64,000 nt of DNA. Origin: an uncultured Gammaproteobacteria bacterium. Its GTDB lineage: Bacteria > Patescibacteriota > Patescibacteriia > UBA1558 > GWA2-36-10. This document shows positions 30,239 through 40,129 of this stretch, piece after piece. A program made the translations under genes and the position numbers. The notes under the pieces were generated by a model. That model did no database searches and was not told where the DNA came from. It saw only the letters and a list, made by a program, of their open reading frames with translations. The stretch spans positions 141,861 to 205,860 of the forward strand of contig CAZWIT010000001.1 of the NCBI GenBank assembly GCA_964633905.1, read 5' to 3'. Within the stretch, counting starts at the first letter, position 1, and each line of letters starts with the position of its first letter.

Positions 30239-30868
30239 ATGTCTTATATATTTTTGGATGAAAGTGGAGATTTAGGGTTTAAGCCGACGTCAAGCAAGTG
30301 GTTTATTTTTACTATTGTTTTGGCTAGCCACCACAAAAAGATAGAAAAAGTTATTAAAAATATTAGAAAGAGCTTAAAAAAGAAATATAAAATAAAAGAA
30401 TTACACGCTTATCATGCAGATCCGCTTACTAGGCATAGGATGCTAAAAAATTTAGCCGAGCTGGAAGATTTGAAAGTACTTTGTGTTATTTTGAATAAGA
30501 AAAAAGTTTATACTGATTTACAGAATCAAAAAAATTATTTATACAATTATACGGCTAATATTTTGTTAGATCGTTTGCATAATAAAAAATTAATTAAAAC
30601 AGATGAGCCAATAAATTTGTATATTGATAAAAAAGATACTAACAAATTTATTAGGAATAATTTTCAAAAATATTTAGAAGATAATCTTTTAAAAAGAGGT
30701 AATAGTGGTAAGATTGAAATAAAAATAAAAGCCTCGCATACAGAAAAGTGTTTGCAAGCAGTTGATTTTGTAAGCTGGGCTATTTTTAGAAAATACGAAA
30801 AAAACGATTATGAATATTATAATGATATCAAAGATAAGATTATAGAAGAAAATTTATTGTTTTCTTAA
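30239..30868 (+). CDS. DUF3800-family protein embedded in R-M operon
   Basis: 209 aa; N-terminus MSYIFLDESGDLGF characteristic of DUF3800. Confidence 0.55.
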   Translation: MSYIFLDESGDLGFKPTSSKWFIFTIVLASHHKKIEKVIKNIRKSLKKKYKIKELHAYHADPLTRHRMLKNLAELEDLKVLCVILNKKKVYTDLQNQKNYLYNYTANILLDRLHNKKLIKTDEPINLYIDKKDTNKFIRNNFQKYLEDNLLKRGNSGKIEIKIKASHTEKCLQAVDFVSWAIFRKYEKNDYEYYNDIKDKIIEENLLFS

Positions 30869-31045
30869 AAAGAAAACCCCCTGCTTTGACGAGACGCCTT
30901 ACGGTATCTCAACGCAGGAGGAATTACATCTATTTATAATATACATAAATTGTTTAATCTTGTCAACATAAGATTATAAGATTATAAATTTATAACTAAT
31001 ATAAGATAAAATTAATATATAGTCTGGGAATAATAGTGTTAAAAT

Positions 31046-32221
31046 ATGTTAAATAAGCATAATAAAATAAATATTAAAAACAACGTCCCCAAACTCCGTT
31101 TTCCGGGTTTTTCTGGTGAGTGGGGTGAGAAAAGATTAGGCGATTGTTTAGATTATGAACAACCAACAAATTATATTGTTCATAGTACAGAATATAATGA
31201 TTCTTATAAAACTCCCGTATTGACAGCTGGTAAAAGCTTCATTCTTGGCTACACAAATGAAGAGGATGATATTTTTGATAATTTACCAGTTATTATATTT
31301 GATGATTTTACAACTGCCTCTCAATTTGTTGATTTTCCATTTAAGGTTAAATCTTCAGCTATGAAAATTTTAAAACCAAAAGATAGATTGGACATTAGAT
31401 TTATTTTTGGTGCAATGAGTCAAATAAAATATAAAATTGGTGGTCATGGTCGACATTGGATTTCAAAATATTCAAATATAAAATTTTTTATACCAAATAA
31501 TAACAAAGAACAACAGAAAATCGCTGAATTTTTAGGGTCAATTGATGAATGGATAGAAAATCTAAAAAATCAAAAAAAATCTTTTGAAGCTTATAAAAAA
31601 GGCTTGATGCAAAAAATATTCTCACAAGAAATAAGATTTAAAGATGATAGCGGCAAGGATTTTCCGAAGTGGGAGGAAAAGAGGTTGGGAGATACAGGGG
31701 AAGTAATTACTGGCTCTACACCGCCAACAGCTAATAAAGAGTATTATAATGGTACTTTTCCATGGATAACACCTACGGATATAAATCATTCTAAAAATAT
31801 TTATTCGTCAGCAAAACTTTTGACGAAAAAGGGGTTAAGTGTAGCTCGTTTAATCCCTAAAAATAGTTTATTAGTCACCTGTATTGCGAGTATTGGTAAA
31901 AATGTAATTTTAAGATTAGATGGAAGTTGTAATCAGCAGATTAATGCTATTTATCCTAATAAAAATAATGACGTAGATTTTTTATATTATCTTGTAGAGA
32001 AGAATAAAAATATTTTAATAAGGTTCGCTGGTGCTGGTGGGATGCAAATGTTAAACAAGAAGGATTTTTCTAATTTAACTTTTAAAATTCCCACTATTGG
32101 TGAACAACAAAAAATTGCTGAATTTTTAGGCTCAGTTGATAATTTAATAGAGTCAAAAGAGAAACAGGTTAGTCAGGCTGAACAATGGAAAAAGGGGTTG
32201 ATGCAGAGATTGTTTGTATAA
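31046..32221 (+). CDS. hsdS: type I R-M specificity subunit
   Basis: 391 aa; two target-recognition domains each followed by conserved QQKIAEFLGS...L.. KKGLMQ repeat. Confidence 0.85.
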   Translation: MLNKHNKINIKNNVPKLRFPGFSGEWGEKRLGDCLDYEQPTNYIVHSTEYNDSYKTPVLTAGKSFILGYTNEEDDIFDNLPVIIFDDFTTASQFVDFPFKVKSSAMKILKPKDRLDIRFIFGAMSQIKYKIGGHGRHWISKYSNIKFFIPNNNKEQQKIAEFLGSIDEWIENLKNQKKSFEAYKKGLMQKIFSQEIRFKDDSGKDFPKWEEKRLGDTGEVITGSTPPTANKEYYNGTFPWITPTDINHSKNIYSSAKLLTKKGLSVARLIPKNSLLVTCIASIGKNVILRLDGSCNQQINAIYPNKNNDVDFLYYLVEKNKNILIRFAGAGGMQMLNKKDFSNLTFKIPTIGEQQKIAEFLGSVDNLIESKEKQVSQAEQWKKGLMQRLFV

Positions 32222-32227
32222 AAAATT

Positions 32228-33055
32228 ATGACAGAAGAAATTAGACAAAATGAAACTGGTATTTTATTTGATGGATCAAAATTTGAGATAACTCATGACA
32301 TCTTGCCTATTTTTTATTTTTTGAAAGGGATAGAAATCGAGATTGAAAATATTTTGGGGTTTGACAATAAATTAGAAAAATTGAGATCTGGTTATTTAGA
32401 AATTTTTAATTTTACTAAATTTCTTGCAGAAAAATTAAAAGAAAACAACATTAATTTTGAGTACAATTTGAATCACAATTTATTTTCGTTAATGGATGAG
32501 TTTCATTTTAATTCACCGGACAGATCACAGATGATATCTTTATTTGCTAGTTTAGAAGTATTATATTTTTTATATATTTCATATGAGCAAGAGACTAGTA
32601 ATGACGATATTTTAAGAAAAATAGCGATGAGTGAAAAAAAATTTTATAGTAGATTTATCAGGACTTTTCTTTTCACAGATCAAAATCAATATTACTTAGA
32701 AAATAAAGAAAGATTGAATAAGATAGACCCGATAAAGATAAGGAAATTAAGAAACTCATTAACACATTTTTTTTCTTTAGCACCAGGAGGATTATCTATA
32801 GCTCCGAGCAATGAGTATGAAAAAGCAAGGCGTTTAGAAAAAAAATTACAACAGGATAAAAAAGGTTATATAGTTTTTATTTCAACAAAAGATTTGTTTG
32901 AATTAATTAAATTTGCAAACATTTTAATGTTTAAAAAATGGAGCGATGATTTTTTGTTGTCTCCAAATGATTTTCGTAGAAAAATTCAGTATGTTATTAC
33001 TGTAGTTAGGGATAATGGTGCAGTTATTATAATGAATAAAGATTTAAAAATTTAG
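32228..33055 (+). CDS. hypothetical protein, possible HEPN/Abi-like (Rx4H motif RNSLTH) between hsdS and hsdR
   Basis: 275 aa; RKLRNSLTHF matches Rx4-6H HEPN signature; position typical of embedded defence genes. Confidence 0.4.
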   Translation: MTEEIRQNETGILFDGSKFEITHDILPIFYFLKGIEIEIENILGFDNKLEKLRSGYLEIFNFTKFLAEKLKENNINFEYNLNHNLFSLMDEFHFNSPDRSQMISLFASLEVLYFLYISYEQETSNDDILRKIAMSEKKFYSRFIRTFLFTDQNQYYLENKERLNKIDPIKIRKLRNSLTHFFSLAPGGLSIAPSNEYEKARRLEKKLQQDKKGYIVFISTKDLFELIKFANILMFKKWSDDFLLSPNDFRRKIQYVITVVRDNGAVIIMNKDLKI

Positions 33056-33058
33056 TTT

Positions 33059-35860
33059 ATGACACATCAATCAGAACAACAGCTAGAAAAAACATTAATC
33101 GAACAGCTTAAGCGCTTAGGCTTTGCTTCTATTATTTTAGTAGACGAAACTGATTTGATTAGAAATTTACATCAGCAATTAGAGAAATTTAATCAAACTA
33201 AATTTTCAGCTCAAGAGTTTATAAAAATTTTAAATCATATCAATAAAGGTGATCGTTTTTATAAGGCCAAAACTTTACGTGATAGATTTGCTTTGAAACG
33301 GGATGATGATAGTACTTTTTTTGTGCGATTTTTCAATATGGATTATTGGTGTAAAAATGAATATCAAGTTGCTCAACAAATTGTTCAGACTGGTCGCTAT
33401 AAAAATCGTTATGATGTAACTTTGCTAGTCAATGGCCTGCCTTTGGTGCAGGTTGAGCTCAAGCGTCGTGGTATGGAGCTCAAAGAGGCCTTTAATCAAA
33501 TTCAGCGTTATCACAAGCATTCCTTTGCGGGGACTTTTTTTGACTATATTCAGATATTTGTCATCTCTAACGGAGTCAATACAAAATATTTTGCCAACAA
33601 TCCCAAACAAACTTTTGAACAAACATTTTATTGGACCGATATCAATAATAGAAAAATCACCAAGTTAGATGAATTCGCGGAAGTATTTTTGGAAAAATGC
33701 GCAGTATCAGAAATGATTGCTGAATACATAGTATTGGCCGAAGCGACTAAAATTCCCATGGTACTGCGCCCATACCAGTATTATGCAGTCAAAGCTATAG
33801 CTGAGCAAGTGCGTAAATCTGATAGTAATAGCTATATTTGGCATACTACTGGCTCAGGCAAGACACTGACCTCATATAAAACCAGTCAAATATTATCGCG
33901 TATACCAGAAGTAAAAAAAGTACTTTTTGTAGTAGATAGAAAAGATTTGGATATTCAGACCACCAAAGAGTTTAATTCATTTTCCGAAGGATCTGTAGAT
34001 GGCACCAACAATACCAGAAGTTTAGTCAATCAACTCCAAGACAAAAATAGAAAATTGATTGTTACTACCATCCAAAAATTGGATATTGCTATTGGCCGAG
34101 AAATATATTTAAAGAAATTTGAGTATTTGGCTGACGAAAAAGTAGTGATTATTTTTGATGAATGTCATCGTAGTCAATTTGGTCAGACACATGCACGTAT
34201 TAAGGGATTTTTTAGAAAAGCACAGTTATTTGGTTTTACTGGCACACCTATTTTTGCCGATAATAATATTGGTGGGGTAACGACTATGGATGTTTTTGGT
34301 AAATGCCTACATAAGTATGTCATCACCAATGCTATCGCTGATAACAATGTTTTGGGATTTGCTGTTGAATATGTCGGTAAATACAAACAAAAAGATCTAG
34401 ATACTTTGGATGCTGATATTTTTGCCGATGCTATGGTAGAGGGTATTGATACCAAAGAAGTATTAGAAAGCGATGGTCGTTTGCATAAAATTACGGATTA
34501 TATTTTGGCTGATTGGAAGCGGAAAACTAAACAAGGTAAATTCAATGCTTTATTTGCGGTTTCATCTATTGAAGTTTTAAAAAAATATTATACTTTACTC
34601 AAAGCTAAGAAAGCAGATGATTTTTCTATTGCTACTATTTTTACCTATCAAGTAAATGAAAACGAAAGCTCGGATATGCTTGATGTCGATGTTTTTGCTG
34701 ATGAGGGAGCGGCTATCAATAAGCACTCCAGGGACTTTTTAGAGGAATGTATTAAAGACTATAATAAAAAATATCTGACTAATTTTTCTACTGATCGTTT
34801 TTATGATTATTATCGGGATTTACAAAAAAGGATAAAGAACAAAGAAGTTGATCTGACTTTGGTAGTGAATATGTTTTTGACTGGTTTTGACAGTCCTAGA
34901 TTAAATACACTCTACGTAGATAAAAATTTACGCTATCATGGACTTGTTCAGGCTTATTCCAGAACTAATAGGCTATTAAATTCGGATAAACCTCATGGCA
35001 ATATTGTTTCTTTTAGGAATTTAAAAGAAGCTACTGATAGGGCTTTAGCATTGTTTGGCGATGAAAATGCCAAAGAGGTAGTATTTAAGAAGCCGTACGA
35101 AGCACAGAAAAAAGAATTTGATGAAAAGCTATCGGAATTGCGAGATAAAGTGCCGACTGTTGCATCAGTGGACGATCTTCAAGGTGAAGAAAAAAAGGCG
35201 GAATTTGTTAAATCTTTCCGTGATTTATTACGTATTAAATCATCTTTGGAGACCTTTGCTGAATTTTCTTTTAAGGATCTCGGCATAACAGAGCAAGAAT
35301 TTTATGATTATCAGAGCAAATATTTGGATGTTTATGAGGATCGTAAAAATAATAATAGTGATGTTGAATCAATTTTAGATCAGATTGATTTTGAGATAGA
35401 TCTTACTGTACGAGATATTATTAATTTTGATTATATAATTCAACTTATTGCTGGTTTAAAAAATATTAGTTCAGCTGTAGTGCGCAAAAAGAAGACGGAT
35501 GAGATTTTGCAATTATTTGATAGAGATGCTCAAATGCGTAAAAAGAAAGATTTGATCCAGAAATTTATTGAAAAAAATTTACCAAAAATTAGTAAGTCAG
35601 ATGATGTGGAAAAAGCTTTTAGTGAATTTTGGACAAGTGAGCGTTCTGCTAGCTTGAAAAAGATCGCTCAAAAAGAAAAAATTCCTGTAGAGAAATTTGA
35701 ATATCTAATTGGAGAATATTTATATAGTCAGAAATTACCAAATGGACAGGATATTATTGATTTATTACCCGGAGGAATTCCTAGAATTAGAGATAGACAG
35801 GGGATTATCGACAGAATTAAGAGCGCTTTACAAAATATAGTTGATATATTTGAGTGGTAG
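33059..35860 (+). CDS. hsdR: type I restriction enzyme R subunit (SF2 helicase-nuclease)
   Basis: 933 aa; HsdR N-terminal nuclease, Walker A TGSGKT, DECH box (IFDECHRSQ). Confidence 0.9.
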   Translation: MTHQSEQQLEKTLIEQLKRLGFASIILVDETDLIRNLHQQLEKFNQTKFSAQEFIKILNHINKGDRFYKAKTLRDRFALKRDDDSTFFVRFFNMDYWCKNEYQVAQQIVQTGRYKNRYDVTLLVNGLPLVQVELKRRGMELKEAFNQIQRYHKHSFAGTFFDYIQIFVISNGVNTKYFANNPKQTFEQTFYWTDINNRKITKLDEFAEVFLEKCAVSEMIAEYIVLAEATKIPMVLRPYQYYAVKAIAEQVRKSDSNSYIWHTTGSGKTLTSYKTSQILSRIPEVKKVLFVVDRKDLDIQTTKEFNSFSEGSVDGTNNTRSLVNQLQDKNRKLIVTTIQKLDIAIGREIYLKKFEYLADEKVVIIFDECHRSQFGQTHARIKGFFRKAQLFGFTGTPIFADNNIGGVTTMDVFGKCLHKYVITNAIADNNVLGFAVEYVGKYKQKDLDTLDADIFADAMVEGIDTKEVLESDGRLHKITDYILADWKRKTKQGKFNALFAVSSIEVLKKYYTLLKAKKADDFSIATIFTYQVNENESSDMLDVDVFADEGAAINKHSRDFLEECIKDYNKKYLTNFSTDRFYDYYRDLQKRIKNKEVDLTLVVNMFLTGFDSPRLNTLYVDKNLRYHGLVQAYSRTNRLLNSDKPHGNIVSFRNLKEATDRALALFGDENAKEVVFKKPYEAQKKEFDEKLSELRDKVPTVASVDDLQGEEKKAEFVKSFRDLLRIKSSLETFAEFSFKDLGITEQEFYDYQSKYLDVYEDRKNNNSDVESILDQIDFEIDLTVRDIINFDYIIQLIAGLKNISSAVVRKKKTDEILQLFDRDAQMRKKKDLIQKFIEKNLPKISKSDDVEKAFSEFWTSERSASLKKIAQKEKIPVEKFEYLIGEYLYSQKLPNGQDIIDLLPGGIPRIRDRQGIIDRIKSALQNIVDIFEW

Positions 35861-36428
35861 ATTAAAATATAATATTATGAATAAACTTTGGAGTATACCA
35901 TTAATATCACTTTTTTTCTACTTGGTGACCACAATCACTCAATATGGCTTTAATTCCTATTTTAATATTCCGCCTAGTTTTATTGAAGTTTCTCTTAGGT
36001 ATAATATAGTCTATTTTTATAGACTATTTAATACAGGCATATATCTCGCCGGTATAATGAAATGGTGGATTTGGGTAGTTATTGTTTTTTCAATACTTAT
36101 AGTAGTATTTTTGTATAATTTTAGTTCCTTGCTTTCTAAATTTTTGAGATATATTTTTGTATTTATTTTATTAATTATCGTAATAATATCCTATAATTTT
36201 GGTATAGAATTAGCAAAAAATACTAGTGAATTTTATATAGTACCTTCAAGCTGTATTTCCGGAAATGAAAATAATTTGTATATAGCCCCAATATTTTATG
36301 ATAAACACATAATATTTATTTCTATTGATAAAAGTACGAATAGAATAAAGGAAGGTTTAGTTATTAAAGATATTTCAGATTTAAATTGTCCAATAGAATA
36401 TCATAAGATTGAGAAAATAATAAAATAA
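35841..36428 (+). CDS. hypothetical polytopic membrane protein
   Basis: 195 aa; several hydrophobic helices; overlaps hsdR 3' end. Confidence 0.45.
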   Translation: MIYLSGRLKYNIMNKLWSIPLISLFFYLVTTITQYGFNSYFNIPPSFIEVSLRYNIVYFYRLFNTGIYLAGIMKWWIWVVIVFSILIVVFLYNFSSLLSKFLRYIFVFILLIIVIISYNFGIELAKNTSEFYIVPSSCISGNENNLYIAPIFYDKHIIFISIDKSTNRIKEGLVIKDISDLNCPIEYHKIEKIIK

Positions 36429-36434
36429 AATCCC

Positions 36435-36605
36435 ATGCCTTCAAAAATCAACGCCCCCTGGCATCTTAAAAATAAAATGCCTAAAAATCCCACACTTGAT
36501 CAAAGAATAGAGTGGCATTTAGCTCATGCTAAAAATTGTCAGTGCCGGCCCTTGGGTGGTAAAATTTTAGAAGAAATAAAGAAAAGAGGAATAAAATATC
36601 AATAA
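36435..36605 (+). CDS. small ORF (56 aa), speculative
   Basis: ATG just after upstream stop; no SD; contains HLAHAKNCQC. Confidence 0.2.
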   Translation: MPSKINAPWHLKNKMPKNPTLDQRIEWHLAHAKNCQCRPLGGKILEEIKKRGIKYQ

Positions 36606-36615
36606 AAGAATTATA

Positions 36616-36700
36616 TTTGTCATTCCGATCCGCCAGTTGGCGGATTCGAAATCTTCAATTAGTCAAAGTGATTTGTAGATCCTGAACTAAATTCAGGATG
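36616..36700 (+). other. twin perfect hairpins (tccgccaGTtggcgga; atcctgaaCTAAAttcaggat) flanked by TGTCAT(T/C)C inverted ends
   Basis: Direct reading; followed by T-rich run 36720-36740. Confidence 0.3.
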
Positions 36701-36824
36701 ACAGTTTGAAGTTCATTTTGGGGCTTTGTTTTTTTCAATATTATTTATTGACAAATTATTATTCCTATGGCATAAGTAATTTACTGGAATAAATAAAGCC
36801 CCACTTTTCAAGGAGGAGGGTCTA

Positions 36825-37166
36825 ATGAGTCATCTTTCCGATGACGATCTTAGGGACTTGCTTGGTATGAGTCCTAAACCTAAAAAGGAAAGGCTATTTG
36901 ACCTGGGGCGCTGCACTTGTGGCGGTAGGGTTAGTAGCCAGGGTATTTGTTATCGTTGTCAGACTGATCATAGCGCGGCTATGAAAATTCAGGCTCAAAA
37001 GTCTTGCAAACAGATCAAGTCACAACTGTCGGCAGAAGAATTTCGAGCTAAGCTAGCTTGTTTGCGTGGCACTAGCTGCCACAGCTGTTTTCATGGACAG
37101 CTTGATGAACATGGTAATTGCGATTTTTGTGAATATCGTTATACGGATTATCACAACATTATCTAG
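36825..37166 (+). CDS. Cys-rich small protein (113 aa, several CxxC pairs)
   Basis: AAGGAGGAGGG SD; TTGACA at 36748; terminator downstream; GC about 45%. Confidence 0.5.
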   Translation: MSHLSDDDLRDLLGMSPKPKKERLFDLGRCTCGGRVSSQGICYRCQTDHSAAMKIQAQKSCKQIKSQLSAEEFRAKLACLRGTSCHSCFHGQLDEHGNCDFCEYRYTDYHNII

Positions 37167-37191
37167 GATCTTATCACTTAATAGGATTTTC

Positions 37192-37232
37192 CAGTCCGAG
37201 CCAGATACTAAAGTTCTGGCTCTCTTTTTTAT
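37192..37232 (+). terminator. intrinsic terminator
   Basis: gagccagatactaaagttctggctc hairpin then TCTTTTTTATTT. Confidence 0.5.
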
Positions 37233-37290
37233 TTAAAATATGTTAGAATATAGCTAAGAATTAGTTTTTATAAAATATAAAAATAATCTT

Positions 37291-37656
37291 ATGGCAAACA
37301 ACAAGTTTAAAATTTTATTAAACACTATTTTTTGGGGCGTGTTACTTTGGCTGATTGGCTATATTTTAGGGTTTATTTTCTTTGCCTTTGTCCCCCAAGA
37401 GCAAATTGGCTGGTACGTCATGCCATTTGGTATTTTGATTACTCTTTGGGTACTATGGAAAAAGATCAAAAGAGATTCTTTTACTTGTTACATTGGCTTG
37501 GGTGTGATCTGGACAATACTAGCAGTTTTGTTAGATTATTTGTTTTTAGTAAAAATGTTAAAAGCAACAGATTATTATAAGCTAGATGTTTATATTTATT
37601 ATGTTGTCACTTTTATTTTGCCAATTTTATTTGGCTGGAGAAAATTTAAAAAATAA
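37291..37656 (+). CDS. small membrane protein (4 TM)
   Basis: 121-aa hydrophobic ORF. Confidence 0.5.
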   Translation: MANNKFKILLNTIFWGVLLWLIGYILGFIFFAFVPQEQIGWYVMPFGILITLWVLWKKIKRDSFTCYIGLGVIWTILAVLLDYLFLVKMLKATDYYKLDVYIYYVVTFILPILFGWRKFKK

Positions 37657-37659
37657 ATT

Positions 37660-38367
37660 ATGAAAAAGAACATTATTTTATTAGCTATTATTTTATTTTT
37701 GTTTTTGGCTTTGGTTTATTATTTATTTTTTATCCAACAAAAAAAGCAAGCGCCATTAATAACTAATAATAGTCAAACGGTGGAAGTGGTGGAGGGTATT
37801 AAGACCACTTTTAATTGTCCTGACGGCAAGAGTATCGAAGCTGAATTTGTCAATCAAGGCGATAGTTATGTGAATTTAGTTTTGAGTGATGGAAGAGCAA
37901 TGAAACTGGCTCGGGCTGTTTCGGCTGATGGCGCGCGCTATGCTAATCAAGATGAGAGCTTTGTTTTTTGGAACAAAGGAGACAATGCTTTTATTCTAGA
38001 AAATGATAGTAATAGTTATGCGGATTGTTTGGATAGCAAAAGCCAAGTTAATTTGGCTAATCCAGCTAGTGTCTATTGCCAAAGTCAAGGCGGCCGTTTA
38101 GTAATTATGAATAAGCCAGATAATAGCCAATATAGCTTGTGTTATTTTGATGATAACCGCGCTTGTGAAGAGTGGGCAATGCTTAGGGGGATTTGTCCAA
38201 TTGGCGGTGTTAAAACAACCGGTTATGACACTGAAGCACAAAAATTTTGTGCTTGGTCAGGTGGGTCCACTTTAGCAGTAGAAGCTGCAATTTGTACTTT
38301 TAAAAATGGCTCCACTTGTTTAGCTGAAGATTTTTATAATGGTAAGTGTCCGGTGCAGTCAGAATAA
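37660..38367 (+). CDS. MliC-like lysozyme-inhibitor domain fused to DUF333 domain, secreted
   Basis: N-terminal signal; C..G...SADGARY...W.KG motif (MliC) then NPASVYC...GG (DUF333). Confidence 0.6.
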   Translation: MKKNIILLAIILFLFLALVYYLFFIQQKKQAPLITNNSQTVEVVEGIKTTFNCPDGKSIEAEFVNQGDSYVNLVLSDGRAMKLARAVSADGARYANQDESFVFWNKGDNAFILENDSNSYADCLDSKSQVNLANPASVYCQSQGGRLVIMNKPDNSQYSLCYFDDNRACEEWAMLRGICPIGGVKTTGYDTEAQKFCAWSGGSTLAVEAAICTFKNGSTCLAEDFYNGKCPVQSE

Positions 38368-38393
38368 TTAAATAAAAAAAGGGGTTCTTTGTC

Positions 38394-38897
38394 TTGAATC
38401 CCAAATATAAATTGGATTATTCCTCAAAATTTATTATGCTAAAAGAAGAATTACAAAGAATGTTATTGGAGTTTATTGATGAAATAAGAAATGAAAAATG
38501 GTTTGGTAAGGAAAGGGAATTAGTAAGTAGATTTACATTTTCTAAACTAGTAAAAAATATAGACTGTTGTGCGGAGTTGTATGATACTAGACAAATTGGT
38601 ATAGAAGTTAGAGTTGAGCAAGTTGTTGATGGCAAAAAAGAAGTATGTAAAGATATGGTTATCTGGAAAGAGCCAAATCAAAACGCTTGGACAGAGAATA
38701 ATGTGCCGTATTGTATTATTGAATGGAAACACAGGCATAAAATTCCTTATCAATATGATATAGATTGGCTAAAAGAATATACTAAAAAGAACCATAGTTG
38801 TTTTGGTATAGCTTTAAATGTTGAAAATGAAAAAGAATATTCACTTAAAGCCTGCCTAATTGAAAATGGTGAGGTAGTAGATAATAATTGGATTTAA
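38394..38897 (+). CDS. hypothetical protein
   Basis: 167-aa ORF. Confidence 0.45.
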   Translation: MNPKYKLDYSSKFIMLKEELQRMLLEFIDEIRNEKWFGKERELVSRFTFSKLVKNIDCCAELYDTRQIGIEVRVEQVVDGKKEVCKDMVIWKEPNQNAWTENNVPYCIIEWKHRHKIPYQYDIDWLKEYTKKNHSCFGIALNVENEKEYSLKACLIENGEVVDNNWI

Positions 38898-39994
38898 AAT
38901 ATTTTCTAAAAAATAAATATATGAATTTAAGAAAATTTTATTTAGGGCGAGCCATTGGTTTTATTGTTGTTGTATTGTTAGCTTTAATTTATTTTGTTTT
39001 TTTTAAATCTAAACCAATTGCAATAACGCCAACTAATAATTCATCTGATATGGATGTTAAAAATATTTCTTACACTATTAATAATGAGACTTTTAGTATT
39101 ACTTTTGATCTCCAAGATGGCAAGGCAGAATCACCAATACCAGAGTCTGCTAGTAAAAATATTTTAACTATGTTTGGTGAACCAACTTTTGGTGATGTTG
39201 ACGCTGATGGTGATCAAGATGCGGCTGTGCTTTTGGTAAATGAAACTGGTGGCAGCGGCTTATTTTATTACGCTGCTTTAGCTATCAAAAATAGTGATGG
39301 TAGTTATCAAGCAACAAATTCTTTGTTATTAGGCGATCGGATTGCGCCGCAAACAGTAGAAATCAGAGATGGTCAAATAATTTATAATTATGCTGATCGC
39401 AAGCCAGATGAGTCAATGACAGCTCAGCCTTCGATTGGGCAGAGTTTGTATGTGCAGTACAACAAAGATTCTAAGCAGATTAGTATTAAGCCTAGTGAAG
39501 CGGTTTTTTGTACTATGGAAGCCAAGGAGTGTCCCGATGGGTCTTGGGTTGGTCGCAGTGGTCCAAATTGTGAGTTTGCCCCTTGCCCTAGTGCAATCGG
39601 TGGGAAAATTACTGTTGGTAAAAGTTTAGATTTGAGTAGTCAAAATTTAAATGAATTACCAAAATACGTAGTTAATCAAATTGATTTAGAAAGTCTTGAT
39701 ATATCTAATAATAATTTGAGTGGTGCTTTACCTGCTGAAATCAGACAATTAAAAAATTTAAAAGTTTTGAATATTAGTCATAATCAATTTACTGGCTTGC
39801 CAGCCGAAGTTGGTCAGCTCAATAATTTAGAGGTTTTAGATTTATCTTATAATAAATTAACAGGCTTGCCTTATGAGCTAGGTAATCTAACTAAGTTAAA
39901 AACTCTGATTTTGATAGGCAATAATTATTCGGAAGTTGATTTAAAAATTATTAAAGACAAATTAAATCAGTCAGTGCAGATAGTAGAAAATTAA
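38888..39994 (+). CDS. leucine-rich-repeat protein with N-terminal TM anchor
   Basis: Five LxxLxLxxNxL repeats in C-terminal 130 aa. Confidence 0.7.
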   Translation: MDLKYFLKNKYMNLRKFYLGRAIGFIVVVLLALIYFVFFKSKPIAITPTNNSSDMDVKNISYTINNETFSITFDLQDGKAESPIPESASKNILTMFGEPTFGDVDADGDQDAAVLLVNETGGSGLFYYAALAIKNSDGSYQATNSLLLGDRIAPQTVEIRDGQIIYNYADRKPDESMTAQPSIGQSLYVQYNKDSKQISIKPSEAVFCTMEAKECPDGSWVGRSGPNCEFAPCPSAIGGKITVGKSLDLSSQNLNELPKYVVNQIDLESLDISNNNLSGALPAEIRQLKNLKVLNISHNQFTGLPAEVGQLNNLEVLDLSYNKLTGLPYELGNLTKLKTLILIGNNYSEVDLKIIKDKLNQSVQIVEN

Positions 39995-40129
39995 CAATTA
40001 TTGTATTACTAAAATATTTTTTAGAGATTAATTACTTTGAGCTTTGATTCTTTAGCTAATTGTTTATGTTTAGAGTTTTTTAAATTAAAATAAAAAATAT
40101 TAACAGTTTAATAATTATTAAGTAAAAAT

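Noticed and set aside
30869-30930. GC-rich imperfect hairpin between DUF3800 and hsdS
   Set aside because: It is short with no T-run or promoter and is probably an intra-operon attenuator or stabiliser. This is insufficient to call a feature.
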